A DNA stretch of 64,000 nucleotides from a virus, in the IMG/VR virus record IMGVR_UViG_3300033405_000009. One strand, given 5' to 3'. Position numbers and translations under genes: made by a program. Of this stretch, positions 46,166 through 56,111 are shown in pieces (the first letter of the stretch is position 1; each line of letters starts with the position of its first letter). The notes beneath the pieces were generated by a model. That model was not told the origin of the DNA, made no database searches, and was given only the letters and a program-made list of their open reading frames with translations.

Positions 46166-46692
46166 TGCTCCATGATCTCCCGAATATCTGCCAGTCTCAT
46201 GTGTTCAACGCCCTGCATCAGGTAACGAAACCATTCTGGCATGATGTCTTTAATCCAAGATTTGCCAGTCTCGTACGCTGGATAAACCTCGAGCATTCGG
46301 AAGTATTGTCCGATGATCTCGCCATTGTGCGGTCCTGGCGTTGCCAGCAATTGCATCACCGTAATGAACTCAGCTTGCGAGATCGCAGGATACCCGGGAA
46401 AGGGTTTCGGCAGCGGAGGGTGGATGCTATAACGCATTCCGCAGATGCCCCATCGGCTCTCCCCGATTACCCTGCGCATCTTATAATCCCAACGAGATCG
46501 TGACTGGCCGTTGAGTTTTTCTTGAATCTCATAAGGAAGTTCCTCTTCAATTCGAAACTTCAAGTCGTTGACCCGCTGCCCATGAGATTGGATTGTAGCC
46601 ACGAGACGAGCTTCAAGTCGTATTTTGTTCTTCCCGCCGATATTGCACATCGTGGATGGAATTTCTTCGTGGTACTCGACGACTTGATTCAT
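46162..46692 (-). CDS. hypothetical protein
   Basis: ORF 176 aa. Confidence 0.5.
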   Translation of the reverse strand: MNQVVEYHEEIPSTMCNIGGKNKIRLEARLVATIQSHGQRVNDLKFRIEEELPYEIQEKLNGQSRSRWDYKMRRVIGESRWGICGMRYSIHPPLPKPFPGYPAISQAEFITVMQLLATPGPHNGEIIGQYFRMLEVYPAYETGKSWIKDIMPEWFRYLMQGVEHMRLADIREIMEQ

Positions 46693-47390
46693 CAGGACGT
46701 CAGAGCCTCATGGACGACGGCTTCTGGAATCCATTGTTCGACGGTCTCGGTTGGGTCCTCCCGAAAGAATTTGATCTGCTTGTGTCCTGCAAAGAAAAAC
46801 AGGACCGTGTAAAGAGGCCTGGTGGGATCGCATTGTTCCCAACCTGACATGAAGGTACAGGGAGGCCCGTGGACTACTTTCCAGGTTCCTTCGACAAGCA
46901 AGTGTCCTTCTTGTCCAGCGGGAGCATCGGACACATCGCCAACACCGTCAATGTTGAATGACCCAATGAAGCCCGGAATCTTTGTCAACTGCTCCGTGTA
47001 ATTGCCTTTCTTCTTGGAAAGGGCATATCCCGACTGTAGCAGTCGACTGAGACTGGCGAGATGCTTGATCACGAGTCCATCACCTCGATACAGAACATGA
47101 CGTCGCAATCCGGAATTTGCTCCAGAACCAGTTCCTTTGACAAACGCTGCCCGCCTCTGCGGAGCCACTGCGCATTCATCGAATAGTCTTCCACTACACG
47201 GAGAGAGCAGACAATGCATTCCTGCGTCTCCAAGGACCCGTTTTGGATGATAGTTTTCCAACAGTGTTCCATCACGACTCCATGACTTCATAAAGGACAA
47301 TTTGTTTTTCCAGCGACTTGATGCGTTTCTCCCAAGGCACCAATGAAATCTGATGCTCTGCGGCTTCTCGTTTGAGTTGGTCCAACCCAT
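46692..47390 (-). CDS. hypothetical protein
   Basis: ORF 232 aa. Confidence 0.5.
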   Translation of the reverse strand: MGWTNSNEKPQSIRFHWCLGRNASSRWKNKLSFMKSWSRDGTLLENYHPKRVLGDAGMHCLLSPCSGRLFDECAVAPQRRAAFVKGTGSGANSGLRRHVLYRGDGLVIKHLASLSRLLQSGYALSKKKGNYTEQLTKIPGFIGSFNIDGVGDVSDAPAGQEGHLLVEGTWKVVHGPPCTFMSGWEQCDPTRPLYTVLFFFAGHKQIKFFREDPTETVEQWIPEAVVHEALTS

Positions 47391-47469
47391 TTTGGGATGG
47401 CTTCTTCTCCAACTTTCGAAGACGTGCCGTCACATCGATCCTGTACTTGGCACCTGGAATGATATTCAT
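47272..47469 (-). CDS. hypothetical protein (C-term YEVMES)
   Basis: ORF 65 aa; overlaps start of downstream ORF. Confidence 0.35.
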   Translation of the reverse strand: MNIIPGAKYRIDVTARLRKLEKKPSQNGLDQLKREAAEHQISLVPWEKRIKSLEKQIVLYEVMES

Positions 47470-47744
47470 GCGCTGAGAGCATCCTCCACGACAGCCATCA
47501 TATCGCGGGCCAGTTTCTCGCCCTCAACCAGGGTGGAGAACCCATCCGCGAGATCCAGCTCATAAGTCTCACGGTCTCCACCATGATCGATGGTGATACC
47601 TTCATCTTCGTACTGAGCGCAGACGCCTTGAAGCTTGTCCCATACTCCTGACCGAGAAAAGTCGTATGTTTTGGAAGAGACGACCTGACCCTCGGATTCA
47701 TCAGTGTGGAATGCGATTGTGATCTTCATTGGTGCGCTTCTCAT
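47466..47744 (-). CDS. hypothetical protein
   Basis: ORF 92 aa. Confidence 0.45.
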   Translation of the reverse strand: MRSAPMKITIAFHTDESEGQVVSSKTYDFSRSGVWDKLQGVCAQYEDEGITIDHGGDRETYELDLADGFSTLVEGEKLARDMMAVVEDALSA

Positions 47745-48982
47745 TCGTAGTCCCTCACCGCAATGAAACTAGCACCCTTCGGCTTCCCAGCGTCGGTCTT
47801 GTCCATGTAGCGATAAGTCACCACAGATCCAATCGGAGGAGGGTTGCGTCGATCTTCGTCTGTGAGCCCGCCGCCGAGGTTGAACTCGATGCCTTCCGGC
47901 GTCCGAACCTCCAGACCGCCCGTCCTGCCCTTGTGGCGGCCTTTCCCGGCCTCATAACCGATGACCGTGGCCTCCGCATCCTTCCACGGCTTGACCTTCA
48001 GAATGGTGGCGCTCCGGGCCGCGACGTACCGAGATTTCGGCTCGCGAATCATGACCCCCTCAGCCCCGAGAGCAACCAAGCGATCCAACTCCTGCTTGAG
48101 GTGATCGAGCCCGAGACATGGGTTTTGATCGACCATCTTGAAAAAGTCGCTGTGGCGATGCTTGAGGACACCCTCGAGCAATTCCATCCGCTTCTCGAAT
48201 CCTTCGAGGGTGAGGTGTGGCATGTCGAACGCGCGGTAGCATACCTTCTTCCAGCGGTCTCCGGAATCCACGCTCTTGACGACACTGATCGTCTGCTGGA
48301 AAGCATGACGCCCCATCCACAGCTCACCGTCGAGCGGGTGGTCGGGAAGACCGTTCCGGAACCAATCCGGGGCGTAGAAGATGTTGCCTTGGCGGGAGAT
48401 GAACTGCTTCCCGTCCCAATAGGCGCGCACCCCATCGAGCTTCTCGCTCATCCACCAGCCCTTGGGGCTAATATCGGCCTCCTCAAACGGATGTGCGAGG
48501 AGGATGGGCGGCCCGAAGAACTTCGCTTTCTCGTCCTGACGGAGCTTGCGTCCAAGCTCCTTCTCCGCCATCTCCTCGATCTGAGGCCGCATTTGCATGA
48601 GGAAATCCATGCCGGCGCGGCGACAGTGGTTGACGAACGATTCGACGCTTTTGCCCTCCCAACCCGGCTCACCAAGAGCGACGCTCGACACCGGATTCCC
48701 GTTGCCGGACGCGGCTCTCGGAGCGTTGCTAAGGTTGGGTGCAGAGGTCGGGAGGCGACCTGTGGTGATCCCTACGGCAGAGATACCGCCAATACGGGCC
48801 GTCTCAGCTGCATCACCGCAGACCTTTCGCAGGTGCTTGCAGGTGCGCTTGTCGATGGGAACCGACTGATTGCGCCATGCAGGGCAAGAGCAGCTCTTGA
48901 CTCCACCCGAGTTCTTGAGCTGGTAGGGCTTGGACCCTGAACCCTGCACCTCTGCCGTATCGCCGTCGTGATCGAGCGCCAT
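47741..48982 (-). CDS. ATP-dependent DNA ligase with N-terminal Cys-rich zinc-finger-like domain
   Basis: KLDGVRAYW (motif I KxDG), EGVMIREP (IV), ILKVKPWKD (VI); N-term CSCPAW..C.H. Confidence 0.75.
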   Translation of the reverse strand: MALDHDGDTAEVQGSGSKPYQLKNSGGVKSCSCPAWRNQSVPIDKRTCKHLRKVCGDAAETARIGGISAVGITTGRLPTSAPNLSNAPRAASGNGNPVSSVALGEPGWEGKSVESFVNHCRRAGMDFLMQMRPQIEEMAEKELGRKLRQDEKAKFFGPPILLAHPFEEADISPKGWWMSEKLDGVRAYWDGKQFISRQGNIFYAPDWFRNGLPDHPLDGELWMGRHAFQQTISVVKSVDSGDRWKKVCYRAFDMPHLTLEGFEKRMELLEGVLKHRHSDFFKMVDQNPCLGLDHLKQELDRLVALGAEGVMIREPKSRYVAARSATILKVKPWKDAEATVIGYEAGKGRHKGRTGGLEVRTPEGIEFNLGGGLTDEDRRNPPPIGSVVTYRYMDKTDAGKPKGASFIAVRDYE

Positions 48983-49021
48983 GCGGAACCTCCGCCGATC
49001 GTACGCTCGCGCACGCAGGAT

Positions 49022-49459
49022 TTAGCTCTCCATGACTTCGCGAACCATTTGTTGATTTTGCCAGTCAACCACATCTGGAGTGAGCGGCGGGAAATCTCGA
49101 GCTACACATCTCGCGAAATCCCCTAAAAGGCGCGGAAGCTGATCACTCATCCCTTCTTCGCGAAGAATATAAGAAAGTGGCCGGTTATCAGACTGTCCGT
49201 TGACCGCCCGGGTGAAATGTATCAAAGCCGTGAGGGTATCGAATTCCGGGTATCCGAAGATGACCTGTCGAAGTCCAACTAGTGCAAAGACAAGAGCTTC
49301 TTGAGCATCATCCCCACCCCACATGCGAGGAGCCCGCTCCAGATTTTGAAGTATCTTCTCTATCCTAATGAGAAGAGTTTCGAGCCTCTCCATCAAAATG
49401 GCTTCGGCTCGGTCTTCTGGAAGAGCTCCGCAATCTCGAGCAAGAGTTTGGCAGTCCAC
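49022..49459 (-). CDS. hypothetical protein (C-term REVMES)
   Basis: ORF 145 aa. Confidence 0.45.
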   Translation of the reverse strand: MDCQTLARDCGALPEDRAEAILMERLETLLIRIEKILQNLERAPRMWGGDDAQEALVFALVGLRQVIFGYPEFDTLTALIHFTRAVNGQSDNRPLSYILREEGMSDQLPRLLGDFARCVARDFPPLTPDVVDWQNQQMVREVMES

Positions 49460-49641
49460 AGATCGATGGGCTTGCTCGGATTATCCCAAGTGTCGTAGCC
49501 GCGCTCGGTCCGGATAGGGTTCTGAAGGTGGCGTTGCATGTGCTCAGCTGCACGTTCGCGACATGCCTCCGCAACATCAACCTCTTGACATTCGGCCCTA
49601 GTCTGATGGATCTTAATCTTCATAGGAGAGCTTACGCTCAA
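49393..49641 (-). CDS. hypothetical protein
   Basis: ORF 82 aa overlapping start of 49022-49459. Confidence 0.3.
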   Translation of the reverse strand: MSVSSPMKIKIHQTRAECQEVDVAEACRERAAEHMQRHLQNPIRTERGYDTWDNPSKPIDLWTAKLLLEIAELFQKTEPKPF

Positions 49642-49653
49642 GCCTATTCGAGT

Positions 49654-50100
49654 TTACGCAGTCATGACCTCGCGAACCTTCTTGTTGTTGCCCACAATGC
49701 GCCGGATTTTGACCACGTTATCCTTCCAAAATTGAGTTTGATGGACTGCGTTCCCGATGTTGGTTTGGCACTTCTGGATGAGGGGGATGACGTCCGCTAC
49801 CTCATGCACGCAGAAACGCTGGAATGACCCTTCTCGCATGATCTCCTCGTGCATCCTCTTCGTGAAGAAGGTTGCATTCGGATCGAGCGGCATGTGCTGA
49901 TGAGTACCCCAGACCCGAATCCCGGTCAGGAGCTTCCCGATTCCGAAGGCCGAGATGCTGTCGCACTCGAAGAAGAAGTCCGTACCGAGTTTCACCAACT
50001 CGGCGTCGAGCCATTCTTGGATGTCAGGGCGTGTGACGAACCAGACGGTTAGTCTTTCTGCGATCGCCGTTTTAAACTGGTAGGAAGTTCGGTTGATCAC
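49654..50100 (-). CDS. hypothetical protein (C-term REVMTA)
   Basis: ORF 148 aa. Confidence 0.45.
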   Translation of the reverse strand: MINRTSYQFKTAIAERLTVWFVTRPDIQEWLDAELVKLGTDFFFECDSISAFGIGKLLTGIRVWGTHQHMPLDPNATFFTKRMHEEIMREGSFQRFCVHEVADVIPLIQKCQTNIGNAVHQTQFWKDNVVKIRRIVGNNKKVREVMTA

Positions 50101-50148
50101 ATGATCAGTACGTCGCGGATCGCGCGAGCTACAACCATGCGAGCCGTC

Positions 50149-50814
50149 TCAAGATTCCATTACTCCTGCAACCGAACAGAGGTCCCAAGACTCTTGAATT
50201 ACAATCTCATTTACTTCCGGTTTTTTCGTGAAGAGAATAAGATCGTCCAACTTGTTACCGATCCAATGATAATCAACCAAATACGCAATATCACCGTTCC
50301 GGCTTTGAGCCGGATTGGAAATTCTCTGTTGAAATGCAAGAATGTTCTGAACGTTGCTAAGGTCAGGAAACTCCAAGTCCACAGGATCTTGCGGATGGAA
50401 CTCACCAGGCTTTTCCAAACGCTGTTGCGCCAAATAATCTCTACTATTTTGTTTGCTGCGATTTACTGCAACAATAGCTTTCATCACCTCATGCATCCTC
50501 GCCAAACCCATCTTGAGTAGGACTTTGTTGGGTGTCGGGGTGCGCTTCACCTCTCTCAAGCCAGAGAGTTTATCTAGAACTTCTTGTTCATTTGAAGTGT
50601 TGAAGAAGAACGCTGTGGCCTTTGCAACTCCGTAAATCATGGGTTTCTGGATTCCCATGATTTGTTGCATCATGATCATCCCTTTGACGAAATCGTCAAT
50701 CCCCCTAGTATCAGTCGTTCCAACCGAACAATTCTTGATATCCGACCTTTTGTAAATACCCACAGCTTGAGTTAGAGCTCGATCAAGCACAGATGACCTT
50801 AGGATCTGACTCAT
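50149..50814 (-). CDS. hypothetical protein (C-term AGVMES)
   Basis: ORF 221 aa. Confidence 0.5.
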   Translation of the reverse strand: MSQILRSSVLDRALTQAVGIYKRSDIKNCSVGTTDTRGIDDFVKGMIMMQQIMGIQKPMIYGVAKATAFFFNTSNEQEVLDKLSGLREVKRTPTPNKVLLKMGLARMHEVMKAIVAVNRSKQNSRDYLAQQRLEKPGEFHPQDPVDLEFPDLSNVQNILAFQQRISNPAQSRNGDIAYLVDYHWIGNKLDDLILFTKKPEVNEIVIQESWDLCSVAGVMES

Positions 50815-51528
50815 TCAGGACTCCAATACGCTCGCGGTCACAGTTTCATCCCATGCTGTCTTCACATCTTCGAACGAAACATGGCGACCTACCAAAAATT
50901 TGAATTGTTCGCGGCATTTTTCCATTGACTCTCGAATATCAATCCCGTTGAACTCCCTGTACTTCTGTTCTAGAAGAAGAACTCCGTTCATTGCTGCAGC
51001 CGGCATATCTCGAACGGTATAAGAATCTGTTCCGAGATATGCACACTGATTCTTAATGCAACGAAACGAACGTTGCTGCAATGATTTCGGATTCAGGTGT
51101 TTTCCCACCCAACGATGGAGTTCTTTATTGCAACATAACCAGGGAATCCAGACGGCCAGCATGGCACTCATGATCAAGTTTGTGTCCCACTCTTGAATCT
51201 TGAGACTCGATTGATTTCGAGAATTATGTTCCAAATTGGACACGTCAGTCGTAGCGAAGTTCAGAAAATTTGTCTGCCCTTTACGCTCGAACCAAACAAT
51301 AGAAGCCAGTTTGCGAAATGGAACGCCCGCGACGTTGCGAGCACTCGTGGACCTATAGATTTTAAGACCCTCTTTTGGATACCCTGGACAGTTTGTCTCG
51401 TATACAAAGTCCCAATTGGCTCGTTTGAGATCGTGATTTTGAATCGTCACGGCTTGGAGAAATCCGTCTTCTTGTGCTCTCATGCCGCCATGATCCCCGC
51501 TACAACGCATTCCGGATGGTCGCACCAT
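50815..51528 (-). CDS. hypothetical protein (C-term ASVLES)
   Basis: ORF 237 aa. Confidence 0.5.
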   Translation of the reverse strand: MVRPSGMRCSGDHGGMRAQEDGFLQAVTIQNHDLKRANWDFVYETNCPGYPKEGLKIYRSTSARNVAGVPFRKLASIVWFERKGQTNFLNFATTDVSNLEHNSRNQSSLKIQEWDTNLIMSAMLAVWIPWLCCNKELHRWVGKHLNPKSLQQRSFRCIKNQCAYLGTDSYTVRDMPAAAMNGVLLLEQKYREFNGIDIRESMEKCREQFKFLVGRHVSFEDVKTAWDETVTASVLES

Positions 51529-51941
51529 GAAGCATGTTGAACTGGTGAGAAATTCTTTTCCAAATCATCAATGGCATACTCGATCATAGTTTGTACGCAT
51601 TCCTCGAGGAAATCTTTTCCGCCTTGATCATCAGATACGCCTACCATCCCAAGAGATGCTCGTCCAAGCGCCGTCGCGTAGTCTTCTTCGGCAGCGAGAC
51701 TTGCCTGAACATATAGATCATAGAGTTTATCGTCTTCTCCCAGTGGTTCACATCCATCCCACTCTACGGTCTCTTGATTGTAATGGATGGAAATATCCAG
51801 TTGATGCCCCCTCCACATTCGTTTCCGGTGTTTGACAGCTCCGAAACTTGGGATGTACTGGATCGAGAGAGTAATACTCATGTGATCACGGGGAGTACGT
51901 GCCGATCTGCCAGATCTACAACCCGCGCAGATCGGCAACAT
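51480..51941 (-). CDS. hypothetical protein
   Basis: ORF 153 aa. Confidence 0.4.
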   Translation of the reverse strand: MLPICAGCRSGRSARTPRDHMSITLSIQYIPSFGAVKHRKRMWRGHQLDISIHYNQETVEWDGCEPLGEDDKLYDLYVQASLAAEEDYATALGRASLGMVGVSDDQGGKDFLEECVQTMIEYAIDDLEKNFSPVQHASWCDHPECVVAGIMAA

Positions 51942-52534
51942 CCGAGCGTACAGATCAGCGGAGGTGTGCTATGGGTGATGACAAAACTCCTTTCGAGAGA
52001 AAGGGTGCTCCGGCTCCGGAGAAGCAAAATGAGAAATGGGTCCGGATGAGGCTCAAGACTCGCTCAGGAGTCGCTATCGTGAAGCACCTGATGCTCTCTC
52101 ATAAGGAAGGAGATACTTGCATCTGCGGAATTCCAACGCAAGAGATTCTGGATGGGCTCGAGTGGGACCATCCGAGCAAGAATGCTTTCTACTACGCGTC
52201 GGCTTACAGGCATTACCCGCGTGTGATGAAGCTCCTTCCGAGCTTCAACCACACCAAATATGTCAAAATGTTCATCGAGTTCAAGACCATTCCCGAGATT
52301 TTTACGCTATTCGCAAGCACTAATACCCCGTATGATCCCGAAGAATTGAGGAAACGTCTAAACGAGAAATGCAAAGGATCCTGGTGGGCAGATCCTGTGC
52401 TCGGGGAGTGGTTTACCCTCCAAAAGTCATCCAAACACGGGATGCTTCGTCGTTGGTGGAAATGTGATGTCTTGAAGCCTCTTGTAGAGGAATTGCGAGA
52501 GGCCGAAGTCGTCGTCGGAGTGATGCAATCGTAA
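51899..52534 (+). CDS. hypothetical protein (C-term VGVMQS)
   Basis: ORF 211 aa. Confidence 0.5.
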   Translation: MPICQIYNPRRSATSERTDQRRCAMGDDKTPFERKGAPAPEKQNEKWVRMRLKTRSGVAIVKHLMLSHKEGDTCICGIPTQEILDGLEWDHPSKNAFYYASAYRHYPRVMKLLPSFNHTKYVKMFIEFKTIPEIFTLFASTNTPYDPEELRKRLNEKCKGSWWADPVLGEWFTLQKSSKHGMLRRWWKCDVLKPLVEELREAEVVVGVMQS

Positions 52535-52586
52535 CAGTTCTGCGCAAGCTCGTAAATTCGCGATCGCACGACGTACTGGAGGTAAG

Positions 52587-53309
52587 ATGGCGATTCCTTC
52601 ATTCTCGGTTAAGGCGGTTTACCACCCGTCGTGGATGAGTCAAAGACAGGCTCCGGGGCCACTTACTCCAGAGCAGAGGTTACATCTCCTAGCCAAAGAG
52701 TATGCGACCGAGTTGGTCTTGAACCATCAATGGTGGAAGGACCGGATCGATAATTTCGTTAAGCATGTTGAGAACGCGCGCCTCAGCCAGCCCGTGCCGA
52801 ATCATTCGGGTCGCGCAGCGAACATCTCGCTCAAACTAACATCGAAATGGAAGATTCTCCTTCCCTTCGCCGCGGAGGAGAGAGGCTCGAACGTTCGAAC
52901 GCAGAGAGCGATGATGGAAGAAGCCTGGATTGCTATTGGAAGAGCCATTCCTGCGGGTGCTGGTATCAATGATTCGTGGCGTCTTTGCCAAGAATGGAAC
53001 GCTCAGATCAAGGCCAAGTTCGGCTGCGATCACGTCTCTCCATCACATACGGATATGGAGATTGCAGTTGTGGACACAATCAAGAAGCGCATTCAAGGCA
53101 AGCTCACCGCCGTTGACAGAGCCGTTGCAACCGTGCACGAGTTCCTCTTGTCTGGTGGTCTCGAAGAGAAGTTCACGTCGCATCAAACTGCGAGAGCCAT
53201 GGAGGCTCTCAAAGCATCAGCGGTCCATGCTTTCAAACATGGTGGCAAGCTCGATGATATGATCACGCTCCTCAACGAGTGTCTCGTCGAGTCCACGATG
53301 GAGTCATGA
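52587..53309 (+). CDS. hypothetical protein (C-term VESTMES)
   Basis: ORF 240 aa. Confidence 0.5.
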   Translation: MAIPSFSVKAVYHPSWMSQRQAPGPLTPEQRLHLLAKEYATELVLNHQWWKDRIDNFVKHVENARLSQPVPNHSGRAANISLKLTSKWKILLPFAAEERGSNVRTQRAMMEEAWIAIGRAIPAGAGINDSWRLCQEWNAQIKAKFGCDHVSPSHTDMEIAVVDTIKKRIQGKLTAVDRAVATVHEFLLSGGLEEKFTSHQTARAMEALKASAVHAFKHGGKLDDMITLLNECLVESTMES

Positions 53310-53536
53310 GCACTGGTCTCACATTTTTGAATTGGACCCTCACAAAATCTTCGGCTTCGCCTGAATTTCAATGCGATAGCTTCGGATGTAGACGCGAAGC
53401 TACGCATGTTTTCGAAAACAGGAAAGTACGTAGATTTGAATTCCGATGTCGAATCTGTGCTCCTCGAATCAATTGGGACCATTGGACGGCAATTGATCTC
53501 AATGAGTATCTCGTCAGCCTGGTAATGGAGTCATGA
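53279..53536 (+). CDS. zinc-ribbon small protein (C-term SLVMES)
   Basis: CDSFGCRR...CRICAPR. Confidence 0.4.
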   Translation: MSRRVHDGVMSTGLTFLNWTLTKSSASPEFQCDSFGCRREATHVFENRKVRRFEFRCRICAPRINWDHWTAIDLNEYLVSLVMES

Positions 53537-54543
53537 GCAAAATCAAAGACCAAATCATTCGTGAAGAAGAGGCAGCCGAGCGCGCCGCCACAAATCCGAC
53601 AGATTCGCGCGTATTGACCGGCGGAGGTGATGAGATGATCGATCCCGCTGTCGAAGCCCGTTACAACGCCGCACTGACTGGTTCCACTGGTCTGCTCGCA
53701 GTTCCCCCGCCGCCCGCGGAGGACCCCGCTCCGGAGAGCACCGAGCGTCCCGTCTCGCAAGTTCCCACCGCTCCCGCAGTCGACCCGACCGTCGTCGTTG
53801 GCGGGGTGAAACTCCAGAAGATGTACCACGGCAAACTGATCCTCCAGGGGGTCTGCTCGCATTGCGCCCACTGCGGTCAGGCTCTCACGGATTCCGAGTC
53901 CGTGGAGCGCGGTATCGGCCCGGTCTGTTCGCGCAAGGGCTACTTCGAGGATCCGAAGGACTCGGACGAGATGCAGGCAATGATCGATCTCGCGGAGTAC
54001 CCGCAGTTGGTCGAGTTCCTCGTCGAGCATTACAAGCCGCAGGGCATCCGCGGGATGGTCAATGGGCTCGTCCGGGTCTGTTCCCTCAATCGCCGAAGCC
54101 CCGTGCACCAGGCATGCACGGATGCCATCCAGAGCCTCGGTTACGAGAAGCTGGCCTCTCTGCTCCGTGAGAGCCTCGCTGTTGTGGAGATCAAGGAGTC
54201 CAAGAAGTTCCCCGGCTCCATCGAGGTCTGGTGCAAGAAGGACGAGTGGAAGTTCCGTTTCACCAATGCCCTCAGGTACCAGCTGGGTGGGCACTTCGAG
54301 CGCGATCTCAAGGCCACGGTGGTTCCGGTCACCAAGGACGTCGATGGTGTGACCACTTCCTTGATGATCTACTCGCCTTCGGCTAAGGGTCAGGTCACGC
54401 ACCGCCGGTACATCTGGAACCTCCTCCTGGCCCACTACGAGGGATTCTACGTCAAGGTGGTCAAAGGCGACACCAAGACCTGCACCAAGATCACCACGAA
54501 GACCATCACCAAGGTCAAGAGCGTCCCGCCGCCCGCTTCCTGA
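53533..54543 (+). CDS. hypothetical protein with CxxC..CxxC pair, GC-rich
   Basis: ORF 336 aa; CSHCAHCG...CSRKG. Confidence 0.5.
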   Translation: MSKIKDQIIREEEAAERAATNPTDSRVLTGGGDEMIDPAVEARYNAALTGSTGLLAVPPPPAEDPAPESTERPVSQVPTAPAVDPTVVVGGVKLQKMYHGKLILQGVCSHCAHCGQALTDSESVERGIGPVCSRKGYFEDPKDSDEMQAMIDLAEYPQLVEFLVEHYKPQGIRGMVNGLVRVCSLNRRSPVHQACTDAIQSLGYEKLASLLRESLAVVEIKESKKFPGSIEVWCKKDEWKFRFTNALRYQLGGHFERDLKATVVPVTKDVDGVTTSLMIYSPSAKGQVTHRRYIWNLLLAHYEGFYVKVVKGDTKTCTKITTKTITKVKSVPPPAS

Positions 54544-54613
54544 TACCAATTCAGGTCATTGCAAGAGGCCGGCAGGATTAACTGCCGGCCTCTTTGTATT
54601 ATGGAAAGTTGCA

Positions 54614-55132
54614 ATGGAACAGATTGATTTTCGCAAGGCGATTCACCGGGAGCAGATGCCCCTCCGGGTCAAATATATCCTAAGACGCCATTCGGTCGAT
54701 ACCAACTTGCAGGGCAAGAACATCCGTCACGCTCAAGCAGACAGTATCAACTTTTCAGGATGGTTCCTGTTCACGTCCGTCAAGTTCGATGAAGTGCTGG
54801 CGCTCCTCAAGAGCGTCTGGCCGTCTGCTCGCAGGGCTGACGCCGAATTGACGATCGAGATGCTGGTCAACGAAAAGTTTCTGCGAAAGATGCAGGAAGA
54901 AGTCTACATCATCGATTACCCGCAGCAGGAGCCTGCCTCCAAAACACCGACGCCTCCACCATACCAGACTATAACCACACGCGGGAACAAGCAGCGATAT
55001 AAGGAGCGAAGGCGCGCAGGCATTTGTCCTCGTTGCCTTCGTCCAGCGAAGAACAAGAACCGCCACGCTAACTCGGCGCATCGAGCCGAGGAGTGTAACG
55101 AGAATATCTGCGCCAATATCATCGAGAGCTAA
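54614..55132 (+). CDS. hypothetical protein
   Basis: ORF 172 aa. Confidence 0.5.
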   Translation: MEQIDFRKAIHREQMPLRVKYILRRHSVDTNLQGKNIRHAQADSINFSGWFLFTSVKFDEVLALLKSVWPSARRADAELTIEMLVNEKFLRKMQEEVYIIDYPQQEPASKTPTPPPYQTITTRGNKQRYKERRRAGICPRCLRPAKNKNRHANSAHRAEECNENICANIIES

Positions 55133-55380
55133 TGAAATACTCCAATTGGTCCAAGAAGTATGAGCGAGAATCCAACCGGATCAATCGCGCCCGTCAAAAT
55201 AAGGACCGGAGAATGAATATCTCGTTTCAGGGAACGAGTTACGAGGTGATCCGCCTCAAGGAAGGGACTTACGAGGTTTTCCGGTTGGGTGGACTCATTA
55301 AGAATCCTCCCTATCAAATCCTTCGGAAGGCTAAGGAAGCCTTTTGCGAGCTCGATGTCCAAGAGGTAATGCTCGCCTAG
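55132..55380 (+). CDS. hypothetical protein (C-term QEVMLA)
   Basis: ORF 82 aa, ATGA overlap with upstream. Confidence 0.45.
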   Translation: MKYSNWSKKYERESNRINRARQNKDRRMNISFQGTSYEVIRLKEGTYEVFRLGGLIKNPPYQILRKAKEAFCELDVQEVMLA

Positions 55381-55402
55381 ATTTTCAATAACCAGTAGGC
55401 AT

Positions 55403-55768
55403 ATGGCACTGGATATTCTCAAGATTGCTGCCCGCATTGCCGCCCCCGTCGAAACCATGACGGTCGAAGTGGAATGCAGTATGTGCGATGGAAGCGGTGA
55501 GGACGTCGAGTATAAAATTGAATGTGAAGTATCCCCACAGGACCTCGAACTGCGCAAGGTGACCAGGGTTGATACCAATCAGGAAGTGGACCCGGAAGCT
55601 TTCCAAATTGTATTCGGCAAGACCGCTTTGATGGCCCTCTGGGAGGAAGCCAAGCAGCGCGCTATTGATATCACTCAGGCCCGCCGCGAGGAATCTTTGG
55701 AAAGCCGCGGAGGTGGGTCCCCTCCAAAGCCTAAAGCTCCATCAGGCGTTCAATCGCAAGAAGATTGA
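55403..55768 (+). CDS. hypothetical protein
   Basis: ORF 121 aa. Confidence 0.45.
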   Translation: MALDILKIAARIAAPVETMTVEVECSMCDGSGEDVEYKIECEVSPQDLELRKVTRVDTNQEVDPEAFQIVFGKTALMALWEEAKQRAIDITQARREESLESRGGGSPPKPKAPSGVQSQED

Positions 55769-56111
55769 CTGACTCTTCGATAGACTCACAGTCACAACCG
55801 AAAAAACATTTACATCCTTCGCACATCTCGTGGAGCCCTTCCGACTCAATAGGCTCACGGTCTAGGATGTACGTGAAGTGGAATTGACGCTCCAAGTATT
55901 CCTTCAAACGAGGAAGGAACTCGTGATGACTGGTGGGAGTGTGCCGAGGCTGGGTATCGGCTCCTTCTCCAACCCAATCATGAAGTCCATGTTTAAGCCA
56001 TTTTGAAGTATCCTTTCGGATACCCTCGTCTAAATGGGCTACGGTGATTACTCCATTCTCCCAAATGAGAATAAAGAGAGTGTCAGTGGAAGAACGAATA
56101 GTAAGGGTCAC
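55731..56111 (-). CDS. hypothetical protein
   Basis: ORF 126 aa. Confidence 0.45.
   Translation of the reverse strand: MTLTIRSSTDTLFILIWENGVITVAHLDEGIRKDTSKWLKHGLHDWVGEGADTQPRHTPTSHHEFLPRLKEYLERQFHFTYILDREPIESEGLHEMCEGCKCFFGCDCESIEESVNLLAIERLMEL

Noticed and set aside
47069-47275. 68-aa ORF ending IEVMDS nested inside 46692-47390
   Set aside because: Entirely contained in a longer same-strand ORF in another frame. It cannot be separated from motif-driven chance, though the motif makes it worth rechecking.
47729-48940. 403-aa plus-strand ORF opposite the DNA ligase
   Set aside because: Antisense of a gene with clear ligase motifs. Arg/Pro/Ala-rich composition typical of reverse-frame GC-rich artefacts.
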